A stretch of 64,000 bases of DNA from Spirochaetia bacterium (GTDB taxonomy: Bacteria > Spirochaetota > UBA4802 > UBA5550), in contig VFJS01000056.1 of NCBI GenBank assembly GCA_009885955.1, positions 15,941 to 79,940 of the forward strand, read 5' to 3'. A program made the position numbers and the translations under genes. The notes under the pieces are model-generated. The model did not search any database, had not been told where the DNA came from, and was given only the letters and a program-made list of their open reading frames with translations. Shown piece by piece: positions 1-10,440 of this stretch. Positions within the stretch are counted from its first letter, which is position 1, and each line of letters opens with the position of its first letter.

Positions 1-871
1 ATACAGGCTGCATGACCTGGCAATGCACCGGGGCACATCCCTTGATGACACTACTGAAAAGCTCTGGGAGCTTTCATGGTCCGGACAGGTGTCATGCGAC
101 AGTTTCACCCCTGTCAGGAGATGCATCATACAGGGGTTTGCACCTCTGCATGGTGACAGCGGCATAAAGGCCGCAGGCGGAAGGTTAACCGGGAGGTGGA
201 AATCGCCAGGTGAGCCTGCCGGGAACTGGTATATCCTTCCCGGACCCGGCGGCAATGGCCCCCTTGAGGCAGAGGAGCGCCTGAGGCAGCGCGTGCGCCA
301 GCTGTTCAGAAGATACGGGATTTTATTCCGGGAAATCCTTCAGCTTGAGAATTCCGGCACGGGCTGGCCGTTAATTTTCCGCGCCCTCAGGCTCATGGAA
401 CTTTCGGGTGAAATATTGTCGGGGCACTTTTTCAGCGGTATCAGCGGGCTTCAGTTCATGTCCCATGAAGGGTTCAGGTCTCTGAATGAATTGGAAATAC
501 ATGATAGAATTTTCTGGATCAACGCCGCTGATCCGGCGTCGCTCTGCGGAACCGGTATTGATGGTTTTAAGGGCATCCTCCCTGCAAGGGTCCCGTCAAC
601 ATTTATAGTTTTTAAGGGGACAGGCCTGGTCCTTACCGCCAGGCGCATGGGGAGGAAACTCGATTTTATGGTTGGCAATGATGACCCGGATATAAAAAAA
701 TATCTTCTTTTTTTCAGGCATCTTCAGAAGAGGGATTTCAATCCTGCGGGAACCGTGGTAATTGAGGAGATCAATGGCATGCCTGCATCTGAGAGCCCCT
801 ATGCCGGTCAGCTTATGGAATTCGGTTTTATAAAAAACTACAGGGAACTCCATCTGTTTAAGACTTACTGA
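1..871 (+). CDS. C-terminal portion of a larger protein whose start lies upstream of the window; possibly the C-terminal region of an Lhr-like helicase (weak)
   Basis: Reading frame is open back to window position 2 with no stop, so the Met at 23 is unlikely to be the real start. No diagnostic catalytic motif recognised. Confidence 0.3.
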   Translation, partial: YRLHDLAMHRGTSLDDTTEKLWELSWSGQVSCDSFTPVRRCIIQGFAPLHGDSGIKAAGGRLTGRWKSPGEPAGNWYILPGPGGNGPLEAEERLRQRVRQLFRRYGILFREILQLENSGTGWPLIFRALRLMELSGEILSGHFFSGISGLQFMSHEGFRSLNELEIHDRIFWINAADPASLCGTGIDGFKGILPARVPSTFIVFKGTGLVLTARRMGRKLDFMVGNDDPDIKKYLLFFRHLQKRDFNPAGTVVIEEINGMPASESPYAGQLMEFGFIKNYRELHLFKTY

Positions 872-1055
872 CCCTGGGCCCGAAATTATAACCGGTCATC
901 GGGAAAGGGAAAGTCCGGCATGATAAAAAAAATTCGTTTTCAGCTGACAGGTACAGATGCAGGTATTGGTAAAGTTATTGACTAAGGAACGGTCTCATTG
1001 CGCCATGTATTGATTCTCCTGATTTGGGGAATAATATGTTTTTTCCGGGTAACGT

Positions 1056-1367
1056 ATGATGAAAACAACAAAGTCCAGGCCGATACTTCAAATAAAACCT
1101 GCCTCCACCGATGATCCCGAATCTTTGAGGTTATACATGATGGTATGCCAGTCAGTGGAGAGGCTGAACAATTATGTTGCGGATTTTTATGAATCGATAC
1201 AAATACTTTCAGAAAACAGGAATGCCTGCCTGTTCAGGAACGACCGTCCAGGTGCTGAAGAGATCTCCGGTTCAATTGATTTCATGGAGTCCAAAATAGA
1301 TGAAGTTTCAAAATCTATGGAGGCAATTGCCCATGCCATGCCGGAGCTTGTGGTGTATCAGGGATGA
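1056..1367 (+). CDS. hypothetical small protein
   Basis: 103-aa ORF whose stop overlaps the start of the next gene (ATGA), suggesting translational coupling. No recognisable domain. Confidence 0.35.
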   Translation: MMKTTKSRPILQIKPASTDDPESLRLYMMVCQSVERLNNYVADFYESIQILSENRNACLFRNDRPGAEEISGSIDFMESKIDEVSKSMEAIAHAMPELVVYQG

Positions 1368-2137
1368 AAAAAATAACTGCCCTTACTGCATCCCTCTCTT
1401 TTATCCTGGCCGCGTCACACCTCTATTCAATAGAAGATATTGATTACCAGGCCGGCCGCTGCACAGGCGACTGCAAAAGCGGCCCTGGTCAGATGGTCTA
1501 CGGCATTTTCGGAAGGACTATCACCTATGACGGCGAATGGAAGGACGATAAGCCCCATGGCGACGGGAGGATCATATCCTCCGACGGCAGGGAATTCAGG
1601 GGAAAGTTCATGAACGGGAAGCCCCATGGAGAAGGGGTGAGCATGACATGGATCAAGACAAGCGTACTGGAGTCAAAATATACCGGGAACTGGAACCGGG
1701 GCAAGAGGCATGGATACGGAACTGCCCTGAAATATTATGAGAACGGCGCGTTGAGGCAGCAGTACGCCGGAAACTGGAACATGGGGAAAAGGGATGGACA
1801 GGGAGCCCTGACCAGCTATTACAGCAGTGGCCATGATAAATCAAAATATGAAGGGAAATTCGCAAGCGGTTTAATCGAGGGGAACGGCGTTCTGTCTGAA
1901 TTTCTGGAAAGCGGGAAGGCCGATTCCAGGTATGAAGGCGGGTTCATAAAAGGGCTGAGGCATGGGAAGGGGACGTACATACGATACCGTGAAGACGGCT
2001 CCATCATGCATACATACAGCGGCCTCTGGGAGAGCAACTACATGAACGGGCCGGGCGAATTGCTGAAATATAACAGTGAAGGCGAGCTGACTGAGAAGAA
2101 GACAGGTAATTTTCAGAGGGATGAATTTATTGATTGA
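1364..2137 (+). CDS. MORN-repeat protein with N-terminal signal peptide
   Basis: Hydrophobic N-terminus. Multiple Y-x-G-x-W/F-x-x-G-K-x-H-G-x-G repeats (YDGEWKDDKPHGDG, FRGKFMNGKPHGEG, YTGNWNRGKRHGYG and others). Confidence 0.8.
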   Translation: MKKITALTASLSFILAASHLYSIEDIDYQAGRCTGDCKSGPGQMVYGIFGRTITYDGEWKDDKPHGDGRIISSDGREFRGKFMNGKPHGEGVSMTWIKTSVLESKYTGNWNRGKRHGYGTALKYYENGALRQQYAGNWNMGKRDGQGALTSYYSSGHDKSKYEGKFASGLIEGNGVLSEFLESGKADSRYEGGFIKGLRHGKGTYIRYREDGSIMHTYSGLWESNYMNGPGELLKYNSEGELTEKKTGNFQRDEFID

Positions 2138-2146
2138 TTGACTTTA

Positions 2147-2551
2147 TCACATGAAGCATTTGGGTACAATTTTGTTATAGTTGGAATGTTTCATGATGGC
2201 ATTTTCCCATCTTTCCGGGCCAATCTCTTTTAATATACACAGGTTGATAATACGAAAATAGCTTATTTCTTCAGGAAAAAATCCATGTTCAGAATTCAGC
2301 AGGGAGCAGGGAAATCTTTCACATTCGTGGCAGAATTGAACCTCTCTTTCCTGTGAGCACTGGAAAATTCTGCAGTATTTTGTTTCACTCTCATCAGTAT
2401 CATTACAGGTATTCATGACGATGCAGCCTTCGCATGGGACATCTTCAACTGGAATATTCCTGGATACAGAAATTTCAATCTGCATGTCCATATCATCTTG
2501 CGCAAGGAACCTTTTGCAAGTGGTGCAGTGCATGCCGCATGGTGAAATCAT
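2147..2551 (-). CDS. DUF3795-like cysteine-rich protein
   Basis: Starts CGMHCTTCKR; further CEGC, CHECERFPC motifs typical of DUF3795 proteins of anaerobes. Confidence 0.5.
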   Translation of the reverse strand: MISPCGMHCTTCKRFLAQDDMDMQIEISVSRNIPVEDVPCEGCIVMNTCNDTDESETKYCRIFQCSQEREVQFCHECERFPCSLLNSEHGFFPEEISYFRIINLCILKEIGPERWENAIMKHSNYNKIVPKCFM

Positions 2552-2628
2552 TATTTGCTCCTTGATTTAATTACACCTTTATTGTTTAAAATGCGGTTGA
2601 GTTTTAATAAATTTAGCCGGGTAAAACT

Positions 2629-2955
2629 TTAATGTGCATCGACGAATTTTTTCAGATGGGTCCTGGCATCTTTATTTAAATCAGTGAATTGTATTCCTGT
2701 GATATATTTCCCCTTTACTAAATCCGATCTAACCGTTAATCCATCACAGGTTATTTTGTAACTGCCGTTTTTCCCGGGTAACTCAAACATGATATAAAGT
2801 TTTGAATGGGGCTCAATGTATTCATCGCATTCACAGAGGATCCCGCCTTCACTTACATTGGCTCCGGATACGGGAACATAGTTTTCTTTCCCGTACATGA
2901 TGTTTATCATCTGGTTGATAATAATTCTTTTATATTTTCTTTTATCTTTTTCCAT
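2629..2955 (-). CDS. PilZ-domain protein (putative c-di-GMP receptor)
   Basis: About 100 aa. N-terminal KRKYKR-type arginine/lysine motif followed by a beta-rich body with D-x-S-x-G-G, consistent with PilZ. Confidence 0.5.
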   Translation of the reverse strand: MEKDKRKYKRIIINQMINIMYGKENYVPVSGANVSEGGILCECDEYIEPHSKLYIMFELPGKNGSYKITCDGLTVRSDLVKGKYITGIQFTDLNKDARTHLKKFVDAH

Positions 2956-3095
2956 TGCTTCTACTGTTTGTATATACCGGTATTAAATATAAAAAGGTAA
3001 TTTTTTATATTTTTTTAATTATTATTTTTAATACTATTACTTTAGAATAGGGTATTTTACCAATAAAATCAAGTTAAAATTTGAATTATGCTCTA

Positions 3096-3722
3096 TTATT
3101 TCCCGGTATGTATATCTGCTCCGCATATTGCTGCCATTTTAACCAGGTCGGGAAGTGATTTCGCCTTCATCCTGCTCATTATTTTTTTCCTGTGGATTTC
3201 TACTGTCCTGTGGCTTATGTTTATTTTTTCCCCAATCTCTTTATTGGAGTATCCAGAAACAATCAGATGCATTATTTCTTTCAGCCTGCCGGTAAGGTTA
3301 TTATACAGGGCTTCAATTTCTGATTTTTCACCATCAGATTTCCTGGTACCCAAATCCCTTGCAATGGCTGTCTGGATGAGTTCCATAAGAACCTGGGTCC
3401 TGAAGGGTTTTTCAAGGAAATCAACAGCACCGGCCTTCAGGGCCTGGACTGATTTTGGGACGTCGCCGTATCCTGTTATGAAAATAATGGGGATTTTGAT
3501 TTTTCTTTCAATGAGAATCTGTTGAAGTTCAAGGCCGTTTGTACCCGGCATGTCGATGTCCAGAACAAGGCAGCATGGATTCCCGGTATTATAGTTTTTG
3601 AGGAACTCGTCTGCCGAGGGATAATGTTCAACATCCATGCCCGTTGATTGTAAAAGCTGCGCAAGGCCTTCCCTGAAGGTATCTTCATTATCCACAATAT
3701 ATATTACTGATCTGTTTTCCAT
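3096..3722 (-). CDS. response regulator, REC plus LuxR/FixJ-type HTH
   Basis: N-terminal receiver domain (IYIVDNEDTF ... LDIDMPGTNGLEL) and C-terminal LuxR HTH (ISHRTVEIHRKKIMSRM). Confidence 0.9.
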   Translation of the reverse strand: MENRSVIYIVDNEDTFREGLAQLLQSTGMDVEHYPSADEFLKNYNTGNPCCLVLDIDMPGTNGLELQQILIERKIKIPIIFITGYGDVPKSVQALKAGAVDFLEKPFRTQVLMELIQTAIARDLGTRKSDGEKSEIEALYNNLTGRLKEIMHLIVSGYSNKEIGEKINISHRTVEIHRKKIMSRMKAKSLPDLVKMAAICGADIHTGK

Positions 3723-3929
3723 AATAACTCTTAAAATTAATTTATTTGATATATCAGTATTTACCCTTAATCAAGCTAATATGTCAATTAAATTTTATTG
3801 CCGGTAAATTATTTTTGTTCAGTTAAAGATTGACATATAATATATTCAAATATTGATATACAAAGAAATAAAAGAAATAATCATATATACAGATTTCCAT
3901 GGCCACTGGTATTTTTAAGATTAATACAT

Positions 3930-6900
3930 ATGATAAGAAGCAATCTCAAAGATTATTATAAATATGTAATTTTTGCAGTTTTTCTCCTGCTGCTGAGCAT
4001 CATTATACTCTTCAATCATAATTATGACCAGGGAATAAATTTTTTAAAAAAAGAATTCATGAAACAGCAGATGCTCATTGCAAGGCAGACTTCCGTCGGG
4101 ATTGAGGAAAACATCAAGTCACTGTCAAGGGTTCTTGCTAACATGGCAAAAAACCGGGCAGTGGCATCATCCGGTAAGCGGGCAATGGATTATTTTTTCA
4201 GGGAACAAGCAGAAGAATTGAAGAATTTTGATATTACCGATATCCTGGTAATTAATAACCGGGGGGTTGTATCCTATGTGCTAAATGCTGCTAACCTTTC
4301 CGGAAGGGGTTTCAGTTCGAGGAAATTTTTTACCGAAAGCTCTCATTTAAAGACCAATACCCCTGTGTATGATTTTTCCACCTATGGCGATATTGGAGAT
4401 CCCGGCAAGGATATAATTGTAGCAATGCCCCTTTTTTCTGAACTGAAAAATTTTAGCGGGGCTATTGTATGCGTTGTAAGGTCTGAAGAATTATTTAAAA
4501 AATTCATACCCGGGGATTCAGACGAAACTGTTTTCAATGTGATGGACAGGGACCTCAATGTTCTTTTCCATCATGGAGAAGAGGGCGGGTTTTCATCAAA
4601 ATTCGTGCTTCAGGATGAAGAGCATCAGAAGTCTTACAGGGAATTTATCAGGCAGCTGAAGAATGGTGACTCTTTCCAGATGGAATACTCCGCGCCTGAC
4701 GGGACCGGCAAAATTTCATCGGTTGCCGCAATTTCCCTGAATGGCTCCTCCATATCAATTGTTGTCACTACACCGGTAAGCTCTGTCTTAAACAGGCTCG
4801 ATCATATAACCGCAGAATTTATGACCTCGGCTGTTGCAGCCATAGTGGTGCTTTTCCTCTGTGCCGTGATTGTGATATTCTTTCTGGGCAGGTTCAATAG
4901 CAGGCTCATGAATGAAATCGGGAGCCGTGAGGAGGCAGAGACGGTACTACGGGAGGGTGAAGAGAGGTTCAGGGCGCTCTTTGACAAGGCATCGGACTGC
5001 ATATTTATGCTTGAGATCGATGAAACAGCCGGTCCAATGATAAAGGACATGAACATTGCCGCTTGTGAAGTTCACGGGTACAGGCGGGATGAAATAGCCG
5101 GTAAGCCTGTTAAATTTATCGCGCATCAGGATACGGTTAAAAGCTATTTCGCCAGTTTCATGAATCCGGTAAGCGGCGACGGGATCCGGTTTGAGGGGGA
5201 GCATCTCAGAATGGACGGTTCAGCTTTTCCGGTGGAAATATCAGCGCAGAGAATAAAACTCGGGGATAAACAGTATGCGATAGTAAGCTGCAGGGATTTA
5301 ACAAAGCAGAGAAGTGATGATATCATGATGAAAAGGTATCACGATGAACTTGAGCTCAGGGTCAGGGAGAGGACCAGTGAGCTGAGGGAGGCAAACAACC
5401 TGCTCCTCATGGAAATTATTGAAAGGAACAAAACTGAAGAGCTCCTGGTAAACCAGAACGAGCTTATAAAAAATACCCTTGAGGCCATTACTCATCCCTT
5501 TTATGTTGTTGATGTCAGGGATTACTCAGTCGTGATAGCTAATTCTGCAGCAAACAGCACTACTCTTAAACAGAAGTGGAAATGTTATGAACTGGTAAAG
5601 AAATTGAAAGAGCCCTGCTGCGGGGAGGACAATCCATGCCCCATCCTTGAAATTCAGAGGACAAAAAAGCAGGTGACCTATGAGCATATCCAGTATTCCC
5701 ATGATGAGAATGCGAAGTTCTACGAAGTGCACGGCTATCCCATTTTTGACCTGAAAGGGGAAGTCGTCCGGATAATTGAGTACATGATCGATATCACAGA
5801 TAGGAAACGCCTTGAGGACCAGCTCAACCAGTCGCAGAAGATCGAATCCATCGGGAGGCTTGCGGGAGGTATTGCCCATGATTTCAACAACCTTCTCTCG
5901 GTCATCCTGACCTACTGCGACCTGGCCGTGATAAAGATGGAAAAGACCCATCCTGCCATGGAGAGCATCAGGACCATCATGACCGCTGCGGAGAAAGCGG
6001 CGCAGCTTCCGAAACAGCTCCTTGCCTTCAGCAGAAAGCAGATGCTCAAGATGAGGGTCATCAGCCTTAACCTGGTAATTGACAGGATGATAACCATACT
6101 TGAGAGGATGATAGGCGGGGATATCCTCATAGAATTCCACCGAACCGGAGATCTGAGGAATGTAAAGGCCGATACAGGCCAGATAGAACAGATTCTGATG
6201 AACCTCGCGGTCAACGCAAGGGATGCAATGCCCCTCGGCGGGAAACTCCTGATTGAGACCGGCAATGCAGAAATTGACTCTTCCTATTCAAGAAAGCATG
6301 ATGGTGTATTCCCGGGTAATTATGCGTTGATATCGGTTACCGATACCGGGATCGGCATGAGCAGGAAAGTTCAGAAGAGGATATTTGAACCTTTTTTTAC
6401 AACAAAAAATGACATGGGTACCGGCCTTGGCCTGGCCACTGTTCATGGAATCGTCAAGCAGCATAGCGGGCATATCTCGGTCTACAGTGAGCCCGGTATA
6501 GGCACAACATTCAAGATATATTTACCAGCCACCACTGAGCCGGCTGAGGCAGTGATGCAGCAGGTTGAGAGCGCGGTGGAAAAAGGGAATGAGACAATCC
6601 TAATCGTCGATGATGATGCCTCTATCAGGAGTCTTGCCATAGACTCACTCAAACCCCTGGGCTACAACATACTCACAGCCTCCTCGGGGGAAGCGGCTGT
6701 AAAAAAATGTGAAGATGCCGGCCTGAGCATTCAGCTCCTACTCACCGATGTGATAATGCCGGGAATGAACGGCGGGGACCTTTCGGAAAATATCAGGAAA
6801 ATCATACCTTCCATAAAAATCATATTTACCTCGGGATATTCCAGCGACATCATATCCTCAAGGATACATATGGATGACGACAGGAATTTTATCCAGAAAC

Positions 6901-6953
6901 CTCTGACGCCGGGGAAGCTTGCAAGAAAAATACGGGAAGTCCTTGACACATGA
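3930..6953 (+). CDS. hybrid sensor histidine kinase (TM, periplasmic Cache-like, TM, PAS, HisKA, HATPase, REC)
   Basis: Two TM segments flank a roughly 270-aa periplasmic domain. PAS-like regions. H-box IAHDFNNLLSVI. G-boxes DTGIGM and GTGLGL. C-terminal receiver (ILIVDDDASIRS ... DVIMPGMNG). Divergent from the response regulator. Confidence 0.9.
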   Translation: MIRSNLKDYYKYVIFAVFLLLLSIIILFNHNYDQGINFLKKEFMKQQMLIARQTSVGIEENIKSLSRVLANMAKNRAVASSGKRAMDYFFREQAEELKNFDITDILVINNRGVVSYVLNAANLSGRGFSSRKFFTESSHLKTNTPVYDFSTYGDIGDPGKDIIVAMPLFSELKNFSGAIVCVVRSEELFKKFIPGDSDETVFNVMDRDLNVLFHHGEEGGFSSKFVLQDEEHQKSYREFIRQLKNGDSFQMEYSAPDGTGKISSVAAISLNGSSISIVVTTPVSSVLNRLDHITAEFMTSAVAAIVVLFLCAVIVIFFLGRFNSRLMNEIGSREEAETVLREGEERFRALFDKASDCIFMLEIDETAGPMIKDMNIAACEVHGYRRDEIAGKPVKFIAHQDTVKSYFASFMNPVSGDGIRFEGEHLRMDGSAFPVEISAQRIKLGDKQYAIVSCRDLTKQRSDDIMMKRYHDELELRVRERTSELREANNLLLMEIIERNKTEELLVNQNELIKNTLEAITHPFYVVDVRDYSVVIANSAANSTTLKQKWKCYELVKKLKEPCCGEDNPCPILEIQRTKKQVTYEHIQYSHDENAKFYEVHGYPIFDLKGEVVRIIEYMIDITDRKRLEDQLNQSQKIESIGRLAGGIAHDFNNLLSVILTYCDLAVIKMEKTHPAMESIRTIMTAAEKAAQLPKQLLAFSRKQMLKMRVISLNLVIDRMITILERMIGGDILIEFHRTGDLRNVKADTGQIEQILMNLAVNARDAMPLGGKLLIETGNAEIDSSYSRKHDGVFPGNYALISVTDTGIGMSRKVQKRIFEPFFTTKNDMGTGLGLATVHGIVKQHSGHISVYSEPGIGTTFKIYLPATTEPAEAVMQQVESAVEKGNETILIVDDDASIRSLAIDSLKPLGYNILTASSGEAAVKKCEDAGLSIQLLLTDVIMPGMNGGDLSENIRKIIPSIKIIFTSGYSSDIISSRIHMDDDRNFIQKPLTPGKLARKIREVLDT

Positions 6954-6993
6954 AATGGCTGGCCTAACATCTGATTATGAAGGGAATGTTTAA

Positions 6994-8010
6994 ATGAAAA
7001 AAGCGGAACATCTGTCAAAAAAAGATCTCCTGTCATGCATAGAACTGGGCAAGGCGATTGTCTCTGATCTGGATTCGGGCCGGCTCTTTGATATAATTTT
7101 GGGCAGATTGACAGAACTTATCCCAGCCGACAACTGGTCACTTATGCTCATAGATCATGAGACCGGGGAGCTCTGCTTCAACCTCTGCGCGGGAATAAAT
7201 ACCGAGGAGCTGAAAAATACAAGGCTGAAGCCCGGGGAGGGGATAGCTGGCAGGGTTGCCCTTGAACAGAAACCGGTTATTATTGAAGATGTGGCTGCAT
7301 GCGGATTTTTTTCAAACAGGATTGATGTGATTTCGGGATTCAGGACATCATCAGTCATATGCGTCCCTCTCATCATGCGCGGGGTCACGGTAGGTGTCCT
7401 GGAGGCGATCAATCCCTCAAGCCTTGCCGGCAGGGTCATTCTCCTCCTGAAACATATTGCTGACTACACGGCAATTGCCGTTGAAAACATGAGGCTCTTT
7501 CACAGCCTGGAAGTATTGGTTGATCATGACAATCTGACAGGTTTTTATAATACACGGTTTATGTACCGTGACCTTACTGAGAGGATTGAAATATGCAGGA
7601 AGGGTAACGGCAATTTTTCCCTTATTTTCATGGATATTGATAATTTCAAAAAAGTTGTTGAGCAGTACGGGCACATAAATGCAAGCAGGGCCATCAGGGA
7701 TGTGGCAGCGGCCGTCGCCGATATGCTCATGCCCCGGGAGTACTGTGTCAGTTATGCGGGGGATGAGTTTGTTATTGTAATACCGGATGCCGGCGGCGAT
7801 AAAGCCATGGCCCGGGCCGATGAGATGAGGCAGCGCCTGAGCGAAAAATCATTTATTGTGAAAACCGGTGTTTCGATAAAATTGAGCGCAAGTTTCGGCA
7901 TTGCCACATTTCCTCATGATGGCGATACCCTGGCCACACTTCTTTCAAGGGCGGACATCGCAATGTTTAATGCAAAGGATGCGGGGAAAAACAGCGTCAA
8001 ATCGTGTTGA
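6994..8010 (+). CDS. GAF-GGDEF protein (diguanylate cyclase-like, A-site reads AGDEF)
   Basis: N-terminal GAF domain. C-terminal GGDEF fold with motif YAGDEF in place of the canonical GG(D/E)EF. Confidence 0.85.
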   Translation: MKKAEHLSKKDLLSCIELGKAIVSDLDSGRLFDIILGRLTELIPADNWSLMLIDHETGELCFNLCAGINTEELKNTRLKPGEGIAGRVALEQKPVIIEDVAACGFFSNRIDVISGFRTSSVICVPLIMRGVTVGVLEAINPSSLAGRVILLLKHIADYTAIAVENMRLFHSLEVLVDHDNLTGFYNTRFMYRDLTERIEICRKGNGNFSLIFMDIDNFKKVVEQYGHINASRAIRDVAAAVADMLMPREYCVSYAGDEFVIVIPDAGGDKAMARADEMRQRLSEKSFIVKTGVSIKLSASFGIATFPHDGDTLATLLSRADIAMFNAKDAGKNSVKSC

Positions 8011-8016
8011 AGGGTA

Positions 8017-9081
8017 TTATTTTTTCCCCCATCTTTCCATCCACTTCTTCCGTATTTCAGGATTTACCGCGTAAGGCGGCCATTTTCCCTCAAGGGCATA
8101 GACTGCCTGTTCCATGGCCCTGTGCCAGAATGCCTTTTCCGAATCGGCCGTGGCTGAGAACCATCCGCTGTGCCCGGTCAGTATGACCCCCGGTACATTA
8201 AGTATCGGGGCGCCGGCAGGAACCGGGTCATTCTCGGTTACGTCAAGACCGGCGCCTGAAATCACATTGCCCGTAATGGCATTGATCAGATCCGGTTCAT
8301 TGATGATTTCGCCCCTTGCCGTATTTATGATATATGCAGTAGGCTTCATTTTCTTCAGCGTATGCATGTCAAACCTGTTCCTCGTGCTCCCGTTCAGGGA
8401 TGAGTGGATCGACAGGTAATCTGATCTCGCGAGGAGTTCTTCAAAATCAACCGGCTCAATTCCGCAGCTCTCTATCACTTCATCAAGGACATGGGGGTCA
8501 TGGGCAATGACAGTCATGCCAAGCCCCTTTGCCTTCATGGCTGCGGCCCTGCCTATCTTCCCGAATCCGAAGATCCCCGCTGTCTGGTCACTCAAGCGGA
8601 ACATGGGGCTGAGAATTTCGGTAACGTTTTTTCTGGCAGGCGGAACAAAATTGACATTTTTCTCCCTCACTGCCCGGTCGCACTGAAAAAGTTTTCTCCC
8701 CAGGGCAAGCATGAGGGCTATGGCCTGGGCCGAAACCTCATCGATACAGTAAGCAGGGATATTTGTAACGGCAATGGCTGAATCTGCTGCTGCATCCAGA
8801 TCAATCCTGTCATATCCAACTCCGAGGCTGGCAATGATACGGCATTTGGCCAGGGATTTTATTACCCTTCCGGTCCATGGCTGAACAGGGCCTGAACATA
8901 TGACCGCATCTGCATCGGCAGCATTGGCTATGATCTCATCCTCTGTTCTGCCCATTGCGTTGACCAGAGTGGAACCGGTCCCGGCCAGGAGTTTTTCTCC
9001 GAAATCCATGCCCGGAAGGTGGATGGTGTTGACAACTTTGAAACCCATAAATGATCTCCTTGCGGCTGAAGAGAAATGCAC
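8017..9081 (-). CDS. D-isomer-specific 2-hydroxyacid dehydrogenase family (phosphoglycerate dehydrogenase/glyoxylate reductase-like)
   Basis: NAD-binding GFGKIGRAAAMKAKGLGMTV and the catalytic R/E/H arrangement typical of the family. The true start is probably the internal Met in MGFKVVN. Confidence 0.85.
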   Translation of the reverse strand: MHFSSAARRSFMGFKVVNTIHLPGMDFGEKLLAGTGSTLVNAMGRTEDEIIANAADADAVICSGPVQPWTGRVIKSLAKCRIIASLGVGYDRIDLDAAADSAIAVTNIPAYCIDEVSAQAIALMLALGRKLFQCDRAVREKNVNFVPPARKNVTEILSPMFRLSDQTAGIFGFGKIGRAAAMKAKGLGMTVIAHDPHVLDEVIESCGIEPVDFEELLARSDYLSIHSSLNGSTRNRFDMHTLKKMKPTAYIINTARGEIINEPDLINAITGNVISGAGLDVTENDPVPAGAPILNVPGVILTGHSGWFSATADSEKAFWHRAMEQAVYALEGKWPPYAVNPEIRKKWMERWGKK

Positions 9082-9429
9082 ATGAAAAAAAGTCTCAAAA
9101 ACCGTAATTGTTTAATATTCAGGGATGAAAAGATGTTTTATATTCATGCCCCTGATATACAGTGGAAAATTATTATTTTCGTTACCCTGATTCAATACTC
9201 TACGGGAAAAATTTTTTGTCAATGAGTAAAATCAGAGGTTTTTTCTACATAAAGGAACGGAGATTCCTTTAAAATATTATTATTGACAAATAATATGAAA
9301 AATTATAAAAGTAAATCAAATTCATGATGTTAATGGATTTTCAGGCTTTGATATCATAACTTTTCAATATAATCATGTTCTTTATCATAACTCTCAAGGA
9401 ACTTATCAATGTCATTCAGTTTTATGCCC

Positions 9430-9730
9430 AAGGAAGTGAAATTTTTCGAATTGATTGAGCAGTCGGTCAAGTACCAAGCTCTGGCCCGTGGACGGATTTT
9501 GCGCTGAATCGGGCGCTGCCATCACCCTGTTCATCGCTTCCGGATTCGGTATCCCGGTAAGCACGACACATACCATAACCGGGGCTATCATGGGAATCGG
9601 GACACTGAGAAGGTTTACCGCTGTGAAATGGGGTATAGCAGGTCAGATTGTCTGGGCATGGGTACTTACCATTCCATGCGCTGGAATAATTTCAGCCATA
9701 ACCTGTCTTGCGATAATCAAAATTAAGTAG
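9430..9730 (+). pseudogene. deletion scar fusing the first ~16 codons of a DUF47 (Pit accessory protein) gene to the last ~85 codons of a PitA/PiT phosphate transporter, in different frames
   Basis: Frame A reads MPKEVKFFELIEQSVKYQALARGRILR then stop (DUF47 N-terminus). The overlapping frame gives a PiT C-terminus (GIPVSTTHTITGAIMGIG ... IVWAWVLTIP) with no N-terminal transporter body. Confidence 0.55.
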
Positions 9731-9935
9731 AATAGGAACACATTGTTCTTTTGATAAGAAAATTCCTGTATCATGATAACCCGGTTGCTTTTATCATTCA
9801 TCGATGATTAACCGGGATATCTGCAGAAAAAGTCCCAGTCACTCTCCTGAGATGGCAATTGATTGGACATATATATTTCACCATGTATCATTCCGGTTAT
9901 TAAAATGATGAAAATGAGATATAATGAGGAAAGCC

Positions 9936-10073
9936 ATGAGCGGATACCGGGTACTGTTTCTCTGCATTCATAATTCATCAAGAAGCCAGATGGCAGAGGC
10001 TTCCCGGATTCATTTTCTTTCAGCGGGAGCGATGAAGATAAGCTTGAAAAAACAAGAAAGGTCAGGGATATGA
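9936..10073 (+). pseudogene. possible remnant of an ArsC/LMW-PTP-family gene (N-terminal 45 codons only)
   Basis: MSGYRVLFLCIHNSSRSQMAEA resembles the ArsC P-loop (CTGNSCRSQMAEG, a C-x5-R motif). The frame stops after 45 aa with no continuation. Confidence 0.3.
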
Positions 10074-10146
10074 TAAAAAATAGAATTGAGGGCTGGATGA
10101 GGGATCTCAGATGACAATAGAAAATATCAGCGGGAATCTGTAGAGC

Positions 10147-10437
10147 ATGGGTTCCGTGGGGAAAAAGGATAATATGGAAATGTATGATCCGTGTTTTAAG
10201 GAATACAGGCGGCTGGGCGGGATCCATGATGAAGATGAGTTTATGCGGTACATAGACATATTGTCAGGGATTATAAAAGTTTACCAGGAAGTAAGGCATC
10301 AGTGCAATGCTGAATCCATTTTTTCCGAGTTAATCTCTTCCAGTGATCTTTTTCAGAAATGGGTAAATTATACAGGATCAATTAAGGAAGCAAAGATTTA
10401 TATAAAGTCTCTCTGGAAAATTTTCCCATCTGGATAA
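10147..10437 (+). CDS. hypothetical small protein (uncertain)
   Basis: 96-aa ORF in an otherwise degraded AT-rich stretch. No domain recognised. Confidence 0.25.
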   Translation: MGSVGKKDNMEMYDPCFKEYRRLGGIHDEDEFMRYIDILSGIIKVYQEVRHQCNAESIFSELISSSDLFQKWVNYTGSIKEAKIYIKSLWKIFPSG

Positions 10438-10440
10438 TGC

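Noticed and set aside
3088-3525. 145-aa plus-strand ORF
   Set aside because: Antisense to the response regulator gene.
5526-6140. 204-aa minus-strand ORF
   Set aside because: Antisense within the HisKA/HATPase region of the hybrid kinase.
9808-10227. 139-aa minus-strand ORF in the decay island
   Set aside because: Low-complexity product; overlaps the ArsC-like remnant on the other strand; no RBS context.
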